NCBI RefSeq assembly: GCF_013299175.1
Contig: NZ_JAAFKF010000002.1
Span: forward strand, 5,248 to 69,247
Length of the DNA: 64,000 nt
Direction: 5' to 3'
DNA from: Sphaerotilus sp.
Lineage (GTDB): Bacteria > Pseudomonadota > Gammaproteobacteria > Burkholderiales > Burkholderiaceae_C
Shown: positions 1-10,544 of the stretch, piece after piece
How the letters are laid out: each line of letters opens with the position of its first letter
How positions within the stretch are numbered: the first letter of the stretch is position 1
Translations under genes and position numbers: made by a program
The notes under the pieces: model-generated
Databases searched by the model: none
The model's input: only the letters and a program-made list of their open reading frames with translations
Told to the model about the DNA's origin: nothing

Positions 1-108
1 GAGGAAACCAACTACATCACCGCCACGCTGAGCATCTACCTCAACCTGTACAACGTGTTCCAGTCGCTGCTGTCGCTGCTGGGCATCTTTGGCGGGCGCG
101 ACGACTGA
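1..108 (+). CDS. Bax inhibitor-1/YccA family membrane protein, C-terminal fragment (runs off window start)
   Basis: Frame 1 reads EETNYITATLSIYLNLYNVFQSLLSLLGIFGGRDD*, the typical BI-1/YccA C-terminus. Confidence 0.85.
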   Translation, partial: EETNYITATLSIYLNLYNVFQSLLSLLGIFGGRDD

Positions 109-131
109 GTTCCGGTTTTTTCGCGGACTCC

Positions 132-158
132 TGCATCCGATCCGGAGCGGCCTGCGTA
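132..158 (+). promoter_or_regulatory. Putative ECF-sigma promoter for the DUF4331 operon
   Basis: TGCATCC-N16-CGTA about 90 nt upstream of the GTG start; resembles CATCC/GATCC -35 and CGTA -10 elements of ECF promoters (inference). Confidence 0.45.
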
Positions 159-246
159 CAGAGGGTCATGGTGGCGCAAACCAGCGCCACCACCGGCGCA
201 CAACCTCCCCGTGCGCTGCCCTCGTCAGGCCCGAAGGAGCATCCGC

Positions 247-1824
247 GTGAACACCCCCAACCGCTTCCCCCGCTTTTCCCGCTTTCACCGCACCCCGCGT
301 TTTCAAGGCGCCCTGGCCGCCATCCCGCTCGCCTTGTGCGCCATGGCGGGCAATGCCGATGCCTCCAGCCACCGCGAGGCCCCGTTCATCACCACCTCGC
401 CCAAGGTGGACGCGAGCGATTTCTACCTCTTCCGCAGCTACGAGACCGGCCGCAGCGACTACGTGACGTTGATCGCCAACTACCAGCCGCTGCAGGACGC
501 CTACGGCGGCCCGAACTACTTCTCGATGGATCCGAATGCGCTCTACGAGATCCACATCGACCACAACGGTGACGCCAAGGAAGACCTGACCTTCCAGTTC
601 CGCTTCAAGAACACGCTGGCCGGCAACGGCGCGGGCGTGAACCTGAACATCGGCGGCAAGGCGGTCGGCATCCCGCTGATCCAGGCCGGCGCGGTGGCGA
701 ACGTGAAGGACGCGAACCTGCAGCTCGGCGAGAGCTACACCGTCAGCGTGCTGCGCGGCGGGCGGCGCGGCGCACAGCCACAGGCCGTGACCAACGCCGC
801 CAACGGCAGCAGCACCTTCGACAAGCCGGTGGACAACATCGGCGTCAAGACGATTCCCGACTACGCCGGCTACGCCGCCAAGCACCTCTACAACGTCAAC
901 ATCCCCGGTTGCAACCAGCCCGGCCGCGTCTTCGTCGGCCAGCGGCAAGACCCGTTCGCCGTCAACCTGGGCACGATCTTCGACCTGGTGAACGCGCCCG
1001 TGTCGGTCATCACCGACCCGGCGCTGATCGGCGCCGTGCCCAACCCGCTGGCCGACAAGAACGTGACGACGCTGGCGATGGAGGTCCACCGGAGCTGCCT
1101 CACCAATGGCGACGACGTGATCGGCGGCTGGACCACCGCCAGCCTGCGCCAGGCCCGGCTGCTCAACGGCCAGCCGTCGTCCGGCCACCACGCCAGCGAG
1201 AAGGCCGGCGGCGCGTGGACACAGGTGTCGCGCCTGGGCATGCCGCTGGTGAACGAGGTCGTGATCGGGCTGAAGGACAAGGACAAGTTCAACGCCTCGA
1301 AGCCCTCGGGGGACGCGCAGTTCGCCGACTACGTGACGCACCCGACCCTGCCGGCGCTGCTGGAGATCGCGCTGGCGCTGCCGGGCACCGCGCCGACCAA
1401 CTTCCCGCGCACCGACCTCGTGACCACCTTCCTCACCGGCATCAAGGGCGTGAACCAGCCGAAGAACGTCGTGGCCTCGGAGATGCTGCGCCTGAACACG
1501 GCCATCGCGCCGGTGGCTTACGCGCAGCAGAACCGGCTGGGCATCGTCGGCAACATCCTCGCCGGGGGCAGCGACAACGCCGGTTTCCCGAACGGGCGCC
1601 GGCCTAAGGACGACGTGGTGGACATCTCGCTGGTGGCGGTGATGGGCGGGCTGTGCATGGCCAATGGCAACAGCGACGCGCTGGGTTTTGGCGCCGCGTG
1701 CAAGCCGTCCGCGGTGCCGCTGGGCGCGACGGCGTTCAAGCTGCACGACGCGGTGGACCAGGCCAAGGTGCCGCTGCTCGCCGGGTTCCCCTACCTCAAC
1801 ACGCCGATCGCTGGCAGCAAGTAA
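247..1824 (+). CDS. DUF4331 family secreted protein
   Basis: Signal peptide followed by ASSHREAP, DxxDFYxFRS, QDxxGGPNYF, QVSRLGMPLVNEV, FPNGRRPxDDVVD motifs; GTG at 247 preceded by AAGGAG (234-239). Confidence 0.85.
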   Translation: MNTPNRFPRFSRFHRTPRFQGALAAIPLALCAMAGNADASSHREAPFITTSPKVDASDFYLFRSYETGRSDYVTLIANYQPLQDAYGGPNYFSMDPNALYEIHIDHNGDAKEDLTFQFRFKNTLAGNGAGVNLNIGGKAVGIPLIQAGAVANVKDANLQLGESYTVSVLRGGRRGAQPQAVTNAANGSSTFDKPVDNIGVKTIPDYAGYAAKHLYNVNIPGCNQPGRVFVGQRQDPFAVNLGTIFDLVNAPVSVITDPALIGAVPNPLADKNVTTLAMEVHRSCLTNGDDVIGGWTTASLRQARLLNGQPSSGHHASEKAGGAWTQVSRLGMPLVNEVVIGLKDKDKFNASKPSGDAQFADYVTHPTLPALLEIALALPGTAPTNFPRTDLVTTFLTGIKGVNQPKNVVASEMLRLNTAIAPVAYAQQNRLGIVGNILAGGSDNAGFPNGRRPKDDVVDISLVAVMGGLCMANGNSDALGFGAACKPSAVPLGATAFKLHDAVDQAKVPLLAGFPYLNTPIAGSK

Positions 1825-1834
1825 GGAGCACGCC

Positions 1835-2095
1835 ATGACCACGAAGCAACTTTTCCTTGTCCTGCTGGTGTGTGCCGGGCTGACCGGTCTGACCGGCTGC
1901 GGCGGCGGTGGCGACGACGCCACCACCAGGCCACCCGTGGCCGACACCTCGGTGCCCGCCAGCGCCACCGTGTCGTCCGAGTCGTTCACCGTCTACGCCG
2001 GGGCAGCGGTCTCGGACGACACCACCGAGCCGCTCAGCCTCGCCGGGATGGAGCCGCCCGTGTCGGAGACGGCCGAGCCGGCCGACGTGAGCTGA
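1835..2095 (+). CDS. Small lipoprotein
   Basis: AAGGAG RBS, ATG 1835, hydrophobic leader with lipobox LTG-C, acidic Ser/Thr/Pro-rich mature part. Confidence 0.7.
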   Translation: MTTKQLFLVLLVCAGLTGLTGCGGGGDDATTRPPVADTSVPASATVSSESFTVYAGAAVSDDTTEPLSLAGMEPPVSETAEPADVS

Positions 2096-2103
2096 GCCAC
2101 GCC

Positions 2104-3300
2104 ATGCGCACCACCACCTCCTGGACGCTGGTCGCCGCGCTGCTGCTGTCCGGGTGGACGACGCTGCCGCAAGCCGCGCCGTTCACCCCGGCGCGTGACG
2201 ACGAGGTGGTGCAGCGGCTGCCGACCCGGCTGGACGCGGCCACCCGCCAGCAGCGCGCCCGGCTGGCCCGCGACCCGCAGCAGTTGCCGCTGGCGCTGGC
2301 CACGGCGCGGGCGGCGATCGAGCGGGCGCGGCGCTTCGGCGACCCGCGTGAGCTTGGGCAGGCACAGGCCGCGCTGGCGCCGTGGTGGGGTCTGGCCGAC
2401 CCACCACCCGCGGTGCGGCTGCTGCGGGCGACGGTGCGGCAGAGCCAGCATGCTTTCGATGCCGCGCTGACCGACCTGGAAGCCCTCGCGGCGGACGGTG
2501 CGGCGCCGCTGGCGGTGCAGGCGCAGGCGGGCTTGACGCGGGCGACGGTGCTGCAGGTGATCGGGCGCTGGACCGAGGCGCGCCGGGTGTGCGAATCATT
2601 GCAGGCGGCGCGGTTCGAGCCGCTCGGGACGGCGTTGTCGAGGCCGGCGCGGGCCTGTGTCGCCGAGTTGCGCAGCCTGCAGGGCGAGCCTCGGCAGGCG
2701 GCGGCGGACCTGGCGGCGCTGGCCCGCGAGGCGCCGCAGGACCGCTGGCTCAGCCTGCTGCGGGCCGAACTGGCGCAGCGCATGGGCGACGACGCCGCCG
2801 CGCAGACCCACTTCCGCGAGGCGGCGGCAGCGGGCGCCGAGGTCTACGCCGTGGCCGCGCAAGCCGACTGGCTGCTCGACCGTGGACAGCACCGCGAGGC
2901 GCTGGCGCTGGTGGACCGTGGCGATACCGATTCCGACGCGTTGCTGCTGCGCCGTGCCATCGCGTTGCACCGGCTGGGGGATGCACGGGCACCTGCTGCG
3001 GTCGCGGCGATGAAGGCCCGGCTGGATGCAGCGCGGTTGCGGGGCGAGGTCCATGCCCGCGAGGAGGCTCGGCTGGCGCTGGACGCATTGAACGAGCCGG
3101 CGCGGGCGCTGACGCTGGCCGGCGAGAACTGGGCACGGCAGAAGGAGCCGGCGGACGCTGTGCTGCTGGCGCGGGCTGCGGTGGCCGCGGGTCAGCCGGA
3201 GGCGGCCGGGCCGGTGCGGGCGCTGGTGCGCGAGGTGGGCTGGTCGGATGTCCGGCTGTCGCCCCTGGTGGCCTCGACTCTGATGAAAGCCCGACCATGA
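2104..3300 (+). CDS. Exported TPR-like protein
   Basis: Signal peptide, APFTPxxDxEV motif, Ala/Leu-rich helical repeats; stop overlaps next ATG. Confidence 0.7.
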   Translation: MRTTTSWTLVAALLLSGWTTLPQAAPFTPARDDEVVQRLPTRLDAATRQQRARLARDPQQLPLALATARAAIERARRFGDPRELGQAQAALAPWWGLADPPPAVRLLRATVRQSQHAFDAALTDLEALAADGAAPLAVQAQAGLTRATVLQVIGRWTEARRVCESLQAARFEPLGTALSRPARACVAELRSLQGEPRQAAADLAALAREAPQDRWLSLLRAELAQRMGDDAAAQTHFREAAAAGAEVYAVAAQADWLLDRGQHREALALVDRGDTDSDALLLRRAIALHRLGDARAPAAVAAMKARLDAARLRGEVHAREEARLALDALNEPARALTLAGENWARQKEPADAVLLARAAVAAGQPEAAGPVRALVREVGWSDVRLSPLVASTLMKARP

Positions 3301-4490
3301 TTTCTTTCGTGATGCTGCGGCTGCCGGCGCTGGCGTCTGCGCTGGTGCTCGGTCTGGCGTGTGCCGGCGCTGCCCAGGCGCACAAGTCCAGCGATGCCTA
3401 CCTGAACTGGCGCGTCGAGGGCCGCACCGTCGAGCAGCGCCTCGACATCGCGCTGCGCGACCTCGACCGCGACCTGGCGCTGGACGCCGACGACGACGGC
3501 CAGTTGACCTGGGGCGAGGTGCGCGGGCGCTGGGCCGACCTCGTGCGCGTCGCGGCCGACGGCGTGCGCTTCACCGCCGACGGGCAACGCTGCACGCCCG
3601 TCGTGCCGACCACACCGAACACCCCAGCCACGCTGCAGCTCGATGAGCACACCGATGGCCGCTACGCCGTGCTGCGGCAGACCTTCGAGTGCCCGGCCCC
3701 GGTGCGCCGGATCGAGGCCGACTACCGCCTCTTCGCCGCGAGCGACCCCACGCACCGCGGCATCGTGCGGATCGTCTCGGCGGATGGCGTGGAGCAGGGC
3801 GCCGTGCTCGTGCCGGGCGCCGGCCCACAGTCCTTCAGCACCGAGCCTGACGCAGGCGCTGCGGGCCGATCGTTCGCCGGCTTCGTGTTCGAGGGCCTGC
3901 ACCACATCGCCATCGGCTTGGACCACCTCCTGTTCCTGGTGACGCTGCTGATGGTGGCGGTCTGGCGGCGCGACGAGGCCGGCACTGGCTGGGTGCCGCG
4001 TCAGACGGCGGCCTCGGCTTGGAAGGAGGCGCTGCGGCTGGTGAGCGCCTTCACGGTGGCGCATTCGCTCACCCTCGGGCTGGCGGCGAGCGGGGTGCTG
4101 GCGCCGCCGTCGCGCTGGGTCGAGTCGCTGATCGCGGCGAGCGTGCTGGTGGCGGCGATCGACAACGTGCGGCCGTTCCTGCGCGGGCCGCGCTGGGTCA
4201 TGGTGTCGGTGTTCGGGCTGGTGCATGGCTTCGGGTTTGCCGGGCCGCTGCAGGATCTGGGACTGCGCCAAGGCGAGCTGGCATGGCCGCTGCTGGGCTT
4301 CAACCTCGGGGTCGAGCTGGGGCAGTTGGGGCTGGTGGCGCTGCTGCTGCCGCTGGCCTGCCTGTGGCGCGACCGGGCGTTCTACCGCGGGGTAGTGCGC
4401 AGCGGCTCGGGGGCGATCGCCGCGCTGGCCAGCGTCTGGATGCTGGAGCGCAGCCTGCAGCTCAGCCTGCTGCCGTTGTCGTTGCCGTGA
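3297..4490 (+). CDS. HupE/UreJ family membrane protein with N-terminal periplasmic domain
   Basis: AHKSSDAYL after signal peptide; GLHHIAIGLDHLLFL, FTVAHSLTL, FGLVHGFGFA, FNLGVELGQ motifs. Confidence 0.85.
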   Translation: MISFVMLRLPALASALVLGLACAGAAQAHKSSDAYLNWRVEGRTVEQRLDIALRDLDRDLALDADDDGQLTWGEVRGRWADLVRVAADGVRFTADGQRCTPVVPTTPNTPATLQLDEHTDGRYAVLRQTFECPAPVRRIEADYRLFAASDPTHRGIVRIVSADGVEQGAVLVPGAGPQSFSTEPDAGAAGRSFAGFVFEGLHHIAIGLDHLLFLVTLLMVAVWRRDEAGTGWVPRQTAASAWKEALRLVSAFTVAHSLTLGLAASGVLAPPSRWVESLIAASVLVAAIDNVRPFLRGPRWVMVSVFGLVHGFGFAGPLQDLGLRQGELAWPLLGFNLGVELGQLGLVALLLPLACLWRDRAFYRGVVRSGSGAIAALASVWMLERSLQLSLLPLSLP

Positions 4491-5067
4491 CCTTGGCCTT
4501 GAGACCGCCCCAGCTTGTCGGGCGGGCCTCGGCCACGCCACTGAGCTGCAGCACCCGCTCCACCGTCTCGTCGATCAGCTCGGCGATGGTCTGCGGCCGG
4601 TGGTAGAAGGCCGGGAGGGGCGGGAAGACGATGCCGCCCATCTCCGTCACCGCCGTCATGTTGCGCAGGTGGGCGAGGTTGAACGGCGTCTCGCGCACCA
4701 TCAGGACCAGCCGGCGGCGTTCCTTCAGCGTCACGTCGGCGGCGCGGGTCAGCAGGTTGTCGCCGAAACCGTGCGCGATGGCCGCCAGCGTCTTCATCGT
4801 GCAGGGCGCCACCACCATCGCGGCGGTGTCGAAGCTGCCGCTGGCGATGCAGGCGCCGATCTCGCCGGGGGCGTGGGCGTGGCTGGCCAAGGCTTCGAGC
4901 TGGCGGCGGTCGAGTCCGCACTCGTGATGCACGTTGAGCACGCCCGACGCCGTCACGACCAAGTGCGTCTCGACGCCGAGGTCACGCGCCCGCTCCAGCA
5001 GCCGGACGCCGTAGGCGGCGCCGGATGCGCCGGTGATGCCGACGACAAGGCGGGCGGTCGTCGTCAA
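4462..5067 (-). CDS. ubiX: Flavin prenyltransferase UbiX
   Basis: VVGITGASGA, IASGSF, VAPCTMKTL, NLLTRAADVTLKERRRLVLMVRETP. Confidence 0.95.
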   Translation of the reverse strand: MTTTARLVVGITGASGAAYGVRLLERARDLGVETHLVVTASGVLNVHHECGLDRRQLEALASHAHAPGEIGACIASGSFDTAAMVVAPCTMKTLAAIAHGFGDNLLTRAADVTLKERRRLVLMVRETPFNLAHLRNMTAVTEMGGIVFPPLPAFYHRPQTIAELIDETVERVLQLSGVAEARPTSWGGLKAKVTATTTAAG

Positions 5068-5071
5068 GATT

Positions 5072-5401
5072 TCAGGACGCCGGCTTGAGCTGGTTGACCA
5101 GTTCCTGCAGCTCGCCCGCCTGGTACATCTCCATCATGATGTCCGAGCCGCCGACGAACTGGCCGCCGATGTAGAGCTGCGGGATGGTGGGCCAGTTGGC
5201 GTAGTCCTTGATGCCCTGGCGGATTTCCGGGTCTTCCAGCACGTTGACCGTGGTGATCTGGCTGACGCCGCAGGCTTTGAGGATCTGGATCGCGCGGCCG
5301 GAGAAACCGCACTGCGGGAACTGGGCGGTGCCCTTCATGAACAGGACAACGGGGTTGCCCTGGACGAGGCTGTCGATTTTCTGGTGCGTGGGTGTGGACA
5401 T
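5072..5401 (-). CDS. grxD: Monothiol glutaredoxin Grx4
   Basis: LFMKGT-x-QFPQCGFS, WPTIPQLYIGGQFVGGSDI. Confidence 0.95.
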   Translation of the reverse strand: MSTPTHQKIDSLVQGNPVVLFMKGTAQFPQCGFSGRAIQILKACGVSQITTVNVLEDPEIRQGIKDYANWPTIPQLYIGGQFVGGSDIMMEMYQAGELQELVNQLKPAS

Positions 5402-5464
5402 GGGCTGTGCGCGGGGCGTTGGGGAAAACAGCCCCGATTTATACGGCAAAACGGCGGCCAGCCG

Positions 5465-5884
5465 TCAGAAGGCGTAGGAAACCCCGAGTTGGAGGTCGCT
5501 GCTGCCCGATGCCTGCACGCCGATGTCGGCCGAGAGGCCCCAGCCACCCCAGCGGTTGGTGCTGGTGCCGCCGGTGCTGTAGCCGAGACTCACGTACGGC
5601 ATGGCACGGCGCTGTGGTGCGCTGCCAAGGCGGACCTGGGTGTCGGTGTCCAGCGGGCCTTGCAGCCCCAGCCCGCCCGTGACCCGCAGGCCGCCCAGGC
5701 TGGGGGCGAAGTAGTGGTCCGCCGCCACGCGCCAGCGCAGCGGGCTGCCGAGGCTGCGCACCATCGCCGCCGGGGGGCGCAGGCCCGGTTGGCGGGCGCT
5801 GTCGGTGGTGTCCGGCTCGGCCGCCATGGCGCTCAGGCAGCACAGGCTCAGGGCCCAGGGCAGGATGCGTGCAGATCGGTCCAT
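5465..5884 (-). CDS. Hypothetical exported protein with outer-membrane beta-strand features
   Basis: Signal peptide (WALSLCCLSAMA-A), alternating aromatic/Gly strands, C-terminal LGVSYAF. Confidence 0.5.
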   Translation of the reverse strand: MDRSARILPWALSLCCLSAMAAEPDTTDSARQPGLRPPAAMVRSLGSPLRWRVAADHYFAPSLGGLRVTGGLGLQGPLDTDTQVRLGSAPQRRAMPYVSLGYSTGGTSTNRWGGWGLSADIGVQASGSSDLQLGVSYAF

Positions 5885-6010
5885 GGTGTGTCCTCCGGTG
5901 CGGTCCATGCTACGCCGCGGGGTACCGGCGTGCTTGCGCGTTCGGGCGCATCGGGTGAGCCTGTGCTGCAAACCGGGGTGGCAGCGGCAAGAGTTGTGAA
6001 ACCTGGAGCG

Positions 6011-6832
6011 TCAGGCGGTGGGCCGCTGTGCGCCGGTGCAACGCCAGTGGCCTGCCAGGTCGTTGCGCTGCACCACCTGGCGCCACCCCGCTTGCCGCAG
6101 CAGTGGTGCCACCGCCGGACCCTGGTCATGGCCATGCTCCAGCAGCAGCCAGCCATCGGGACACAGGTGCGCGGGCGCATCGGCCACGATCTGCCGGATC
6201 GCGTCCAGCCCGTCGGCGCCCGAGGTCAGGGCGAGCATCGGCTCGTGGCGCAAGGCCGGCAGGTGGACATCTCCTGCCGCGATGTAGGGCGGGTTGCTGA
6301 CCACCAGATCGAAGCGTTCTCCGGCCACCGGCGCGAACCATGCCCCCAGCCGCCAGCGCACCGGCAGCCCGAGCCGCTCGCCATTGGCCTGTGCGACCGC
6401 CAGCGCCGCGGGGCTGACATCGACGGCGCTGACCTGTGCATCGGCCTGCCGGTGCCGGATCGCCAGTGCCACCGCGCCGCTGCCCGTGCCCAGATCGACC
6501 ACCGCCGCACCCGGCCGGCGGCCGGCGAGCACCTCCAGCGCCCAGTCCACCAGTGTCTCGGTGTCCGGCCGCGGATCGAGCACGTCAGGCGTGACGTGCA
6601 GCAGCAGGCCATGGAACTCGTGCTGCCCGGTGAGGTAGGCCACCGGCACGCCGTCCACGCGGCGGGCGAGCCAGTCCTGCCAGCGCGTCTGCTGCCCGGC
6701 GTCGAGCGGCGCGTCGTCGTGGGTCAGCAGCCAGGTGCGCGAGCGGTCGAGCAGGACGCCGAGCAGCACGTCGGCATCGACGCGCGGCAGCCCGAGCGTG
6801 CGGGCCAACGCCAGCGCGGCGGCGACGTTCAT
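6011..6832 (-). CDS. prmC: Release factor glutamine methyltransferase
   Basis: [26 protein letters not shown] motifs; directly downstream of prfA. Confidence 0.95.
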   Translation of the reverse strand: MNVAAALALARTLGLPRVDADVLLGVLLDRSRTWLLTHDDAPLDAGQQTRWQDWLARRVDGVPVAYLTGQHEFHGLLLHVTPDVLDPRPDTETLVDWALEVLAGRRPGAAVVDLGTGSGAVALAIRHRQADAQVSAVDVSPAALAVAQANGERLGLPVRWRLGAWFAPVAGERFDLVVSNPPYIAAGDVHLPALRHEPMLALTSGADGLDAIRQIVADAPAHLCPDGWLLLEHGHDQGPAVAPLLRQAGWRQVVQRNDLAGHWRCTGAQRPTA

Positions 6833-7911
6833 CCTTGCGCTTCCATCTCGGCCAGCAATTCCGCGGCGCGGGCGGCCTTCAGCGCGGCGACCACCTCGTC
6901 CAGATCGCCCTCGACCACCGCGCCGAGCTTGTAGAGCGTCAGGTTGATGCGGTGGTCTGTGAGGCGGCCCTGGGGGAAGTTGTAGGTGCGGATGCGGTCG
7001 CTGCGGTCGCCGGAGCCGATCAGCCCTTTGCGGGTGGCGGCGTCCTTGGCCTGGCGCTCCAGCCGGTCCTTGTCGCGCAGTCTGGCGCCCAGCACGGCCA
7101 GCGCCTTGGCCTTGTTGCGGTGCTGGCTGCGGTCGTCCTGGCATTCGGCGACGAGTCCGGTCGGCACATGGGTCACGCGCACGGCGGAATCCGTCTTGTT
7201 GATGTGCTGCCCGCCGGCCCCGCTGGCGCGGTAGGTGTCGATGCGCAGGTCGGCCGGGTTGAGCGTCACCTCCTCGGCCTCGTCCGGCTCGGGCAGCACG
7301 GCCACGGTGCAGGCGCTGGTGTGGATGCGCCCTTGCGTTTCGGTGGCCGGCACGCGCTGCACGCGGTGGCCGCCAGATTCGAACTTCAGCGCCTCGTAGA
7401 CCGCTTCGCCCTCGATGCGGACCACGACTTCCTTGTAGCCGCCCAGGTCCGAGTCGCTGGCGGACATGATCTCGGTCTTCCAGCCTTGGCGCTCGGCGTG
7501 GCGCAGGTACATGCGCAGCAGGTCGCCCGCGAACAGCGCGGATTCGTCGCCGCCGGTGCCCGCGCGGATTTCGAGGAAGGCGTTGCGGTCGTCGTCGGCA
7601 TCGCGGGGGAGCAGGGCGGTCTGCAGTTCGGCGTCGATGGCGGCGATGTCGGCTGTTGCGGCGCGGAGTTCATCGCCCGCCATGTCGGCCATCTCGGGGT
7701 CGTCGAGCATCTGCCGGGCTTCGGCCGCGTCCTGTTCGCGCTGCTGCAGTCGGGTCCAGCGGTCGGTGAGGGCCGAGACGCGGGCGTGTTCACGGTTGAG
7801 GGCGCGCAGGCGGTTGAGGTCCGACACGACCTGCGGATCGGCCAGCGCGGCGTCGATTTCGGAGAGGCGGACGAGCTGGCGATCGAGTTGCAGGCGCAGG
7901 AACGGGGTCAT
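6829..7911 (-). CDS. prfA: Peptide chain release factor 1
   Basis: [20 protein letters not shown] (PxT), [20 protein letters not shown]. Confidence 0.98.
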   Translation of the reverse strand: MTPFLRLQLDRQLVRLSEIDAALADPQVVSDLNRLRALNREHARVSALTDRWTRLQQREQDAAEARQMLDDPEMADMAGDELRAATADIAAIDAELQTALLPRDADDDRNAFLEIRAGTGGDESALFAGDLLRMYLRHAERQGWKTEIMSASDSDLGGYKEVVVRIEGEAVYEALKFESGGHRVQRVPATETQGRIHTSACTVAVLPEPDEAEEVTLNPADLRIDTYRASGAGGQHINKTDSAVRVTHVPTGLVAECQDDRSQHRNKAKALAVLGARLRDKDRLERQAKDAATRKGLIGSGDRSDRIRTYNFPQGRLTDHRINLTLYKLGAVVEGDLDEVVAALKAARAAELLAEMEAQG

Positions 7912-9191
7912 CGGGGGGCTTGGTCGCCGCGCAGGAAGAGCCGCGTCACCGCCTCGACCATCTGCGCGCGCTGCTGGGGATCGGCGTTGTGCAGCTCGGC
8001 GAGGGCGCCGTGCAGCATCTTCTGGGTCAGGCTGCGCGCCAGGGCGTCTAGCGCCTCCTCGGGCGAGCTGCCTTTGGCGATGAGCTTGCGGGCACGGGCC
8101 ACTTCGGTCTGGCGCCAGTGGTCAGCCTGGGCGTGAACGGCCTGGATCAGCGGGACTGTTGCGCGCTGGTCCAGCCAGTGGACGAAGTTCTGCACGCCGG
8201 ACTCGATGATCGCCTCGGCCTGCGCGACGGCGGCCTGGCGCTTTTCTCCGGCGGTCTGCACCACGGCCGCCAGGTCATCGACGGTGTAGAGGTACACGTC
8301 GTCGAGCTGCGCCACCTCGGGTTCGATGTCGCGCGGCACGGCCAGATCGACCATGAACATCGGCCGCCGCCGCCGGGCCTTCAGCGCGCGCTCGACCGCG
8401 CCCAGCCCGATCAGCGGCAGCGTGCTGGCGGTGCAGGAGATGACGGCGTCGAACTCGTGCAGCCGCGCCGGCAGGTCCGACAGCCGCATCACCTCGGCGC
8501 CGAACTGGCTCGCCAGCTTCTCGCCGCGCTCCAGCGTGCGGTTGGCGATGGTGATGTGCTTCGGGGCCTTGGCGGCGAAGTGGGTCGCGGCGAGTTCGAT
8601 CATCTCGCCCGCACCGACGAACAGGATGCGGATCTGGCTCAGGTCTTCGAACAACTGCCCGGCCAGCCGCACCGCCGCCGCCGCCATGCTGATCGAGTGC
8701 GCGCCGATCTCGGTGGCGGTGCGGACTTCCTTGGCGACCGAGAACGAGCGTTGAAACAACTGGTGCAGCGTCGTGCCCAGCGTGCCGGCGGTGTCGGCTT
8801 CGCGCACGGCCTGCTTCATCTGGCCGAGGATCTGCGCTTCGCCCAGCACCATCGAGTCCAGCCCGGACGCCACCCGGAACGCATGGCGCGCGGCCTCCTG
8901 GCGCTCCAGCACATGCGTGTGGCGCACCAGTTCATCGGCCGAGACCTTGCCGTGCGCGGCCAGCCATTCGAGCGTGGGACGCACCAGCGCGCGGCTGTCC
9001 CCGAGGCCGCCGGCGATGTACAGCTCGGTGCGGTTGCAGGTGGACAGCAGGGCGGCTTCCGGTGCGGCGCGGTGCAGGCCGTCGCGCAAACCATGCAGGG
9101 CGGCCGGAATCTGCTCCAGCGTGAACGCAAAACGGCCCCGCAGATCGATCGGCGCGGTGTGGTGGTTCAAGCTGAGGGCAAAGACGCTCAT
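7908..9191 (-). CDS. hemA: Glutamyl-tRNA reductase
   Basis: [41 protein letters not shown]. Confidence 0.97.
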   Translation of the reverse strand: MSVFALSLNHHTAPIDLRGRFAFTLEQIPAALHGLRDGLHRAAPEAALLSTCNRTELYIAGGLGDSRALVRPTLEWLAAHGKVSADELVRHTHVLERQEAARHAFRVASGLDSMVLGEAQILGQMKQAVREADTAGTLGTTLHQLFQRSFSVAKEVRTATEIGAHSISMAAAAVRLAGQLFEDLSQIRILFVGAGEMIELAATHFAAKAPKHITIANRTLERGEKLASQFGAEVMRLSDLPARLHEFDAVISCTASTLPLIGLGAVERALKARRRRPMFMVDLAVPRDIEPEVAQLDDVYLYTVDDLAAVVQTAGEKRQAAVAQAEAIIESGVQNFVHWLDQRATVPLIQAVHAQADHWRQTEVARARKLIAKGSSPEEALDALARSLTQKMLHGALAELHNADPQQRAQMVEAVTRLFLRGDQAPR

Positions 9192-9273
9192 GGCGCGATT
9201 GTAAGATTCCGCGTTGGCCAGTGCTTTCCTTGGCGCTCCCGCATGCGCCCCGGCATGGGCGCGGATTGAAACC

Positions 9274-9552
9274 ATGGGTCCGCTCGACGCCATCTGGCAT
9301 TTGTTCAACTTCCTGCTCGCGCCGATCGGTCTCGGGCTGATCGCGGCCTCGCTGTGCAAGCTGGCATGGTGGCGTGCGCTGCGGGCCGTGCGCTGGAGCT
9401 GGCTGGCGCTGCCGGCGGCCGGTGTCGCGGTGCTGATCCAGATCCTCTTCCTGGTGTGGCTCGGACGCGACGGACGCATGTCCACCTATGCCGCCCAGGT
9501 GGTCGGGGTGGCACTGGTGCTGTGGTGGACGGCGTTCGGGCTGCGCCGGTGA
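9274..9552 (+). CDS. Small hypothetical membrane protein
   Basis: 92-aa ORF with about three hydrophobic segments, divergent from hemA. Confidence 0.6.
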   Translation: MGPLDAIWHLFNFLLAPIGLGLIAASLCKLAWWRALRAVRWSWLALPAAGVAVLIQILFLVWLGRDGRMSTYAAQVVGVALVLWWTAFGLRR

Positions 9553-9560
9553 TGCGTTTT

Positions 9561-10535
9561 TCAGCCGAGTGATCTGCTCGGGACAGGTGTCCCGCTGCAG
9601 CGCGGGTGGGTCTGCCAGGGGTCGCGGTCCTCGCCGCCGAAGGTGCGCAGCAGGAAATCCCAGAACACCCGCGTGCGGGCCGGCACAGGCTTGCGTGTGG
9701 GCATCGTCAGCCACAGATCGAAGCGCATCGCATGCCAGCCCGGCAGCACCCGCTCCAGCGTGCCGTCGCGCAGCGCGTCCTCCACCACCAGCGACATCAG
9801 CCCCGCGATGCCCAGCCCGGCCAGCGCCGAGGCATGGAGCGTGTCCGTGTGCGCTGTCGTCAGCAGCGGGCGGTGTGGCGGATGCACGCGGACGGCGGTA
9901 CGGCCATCCTCATGCACGAACGTGACGTCCCGCTGCATCATGGAAGTCGGGGGCAGCAGCATCTGGTGCTGCTCCAGCCCTCGCGGTGTCTCGGGTCGCC
10001 CGGCGTGGTCGAGGTAGGCGGGCGAGGCACACAGGATGACCTCGCTGCGTGCAAGCCGGCGCGCGATGAAGTCGCCTTCGGGGGCTTCGCGCAGCGCCAT
10101 CACGGTGATGTCGTGGAGGTCGTGCAGGTCGTCCGGTCCACTGAACTCGGTGGTGGAGTTCAGCGACAGCGTGACCTGCGGATAGTCGGCGTGGAAGGCG
10201 GGCAGGTGCTTGGCGAGCTGGTGGACCGCGAAGGCCGACGGCACCATCACCCGCAGGTTGCCCTGTGGCGACTCCGAGAGAGACTGGATCTGCGCCGCGG
10301 ACTCGTCCACATCGGCCAGGATGTGGCGCACGCGCTCCAGGTAACGCTCGCCGACGCTGCTCAGCGCCAGACTGCGGGTGGTGCGCTGGATGAGCCGCGC
10401 ACCGAGGTGTTCTTCGAGTTCGGCAATCAGCCGGGTGACGACCGCAGGGGCCAGGTCGAGGGCACGGGCGGCGCCCGCGAAACTCCCCTCGTCGATGACA
10501 CGGGCAAACACCCGCATCGCGCGCAATTGATCCAT
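9561..10535 (-). CDS. LysR family regulator (CrgA/DmlR-like)
   Basis: MDQLRAMRVFARVIDEGSFAGAARAL HTH, LEEHLGARLIQRTTR. Confidence 0.9.
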   Translation of the reverse strand: MDQLRAMRVFARVIDEGSFAGAARALDLAPAVVTRLIAELEEHLGARLIQRTTRSLALSSVGERYLERVRHILADVDESAAQIQSLSESPQGNLRVMVPSAFAVHQLAKHLPAFHADYPQVTLSLNSTTEFSGPDDLHDLHDITVMALREAPEGDFIARRLARSEVILCASPAYLDHAGRPETPRGLEQHQMLLPPTSMMQRDVTFVHEDGRTAVRVHPPHRPLLTTAHTDTLHASALAGLGIAGLMSLVVEDALRDGTLERVLPGWHAMRFDLWLTMPTRKPVPARTRVFWDFLLRTFGGEDRDPWQTHPRCSGTPVPSRSLG

Positions 10536-10544
10536 CGGAACTCC

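Noticed and set aside
166-1989. Long antisense or alternative-frame ORFs throughout (e.g. 166-1989, 5033-6934, 16548-18311, 49440-51473, 51992-55396)
   Set aside because: They shadow well-supported genes, lack motifs, and are expected in GC-rich DNA with few stop codons.
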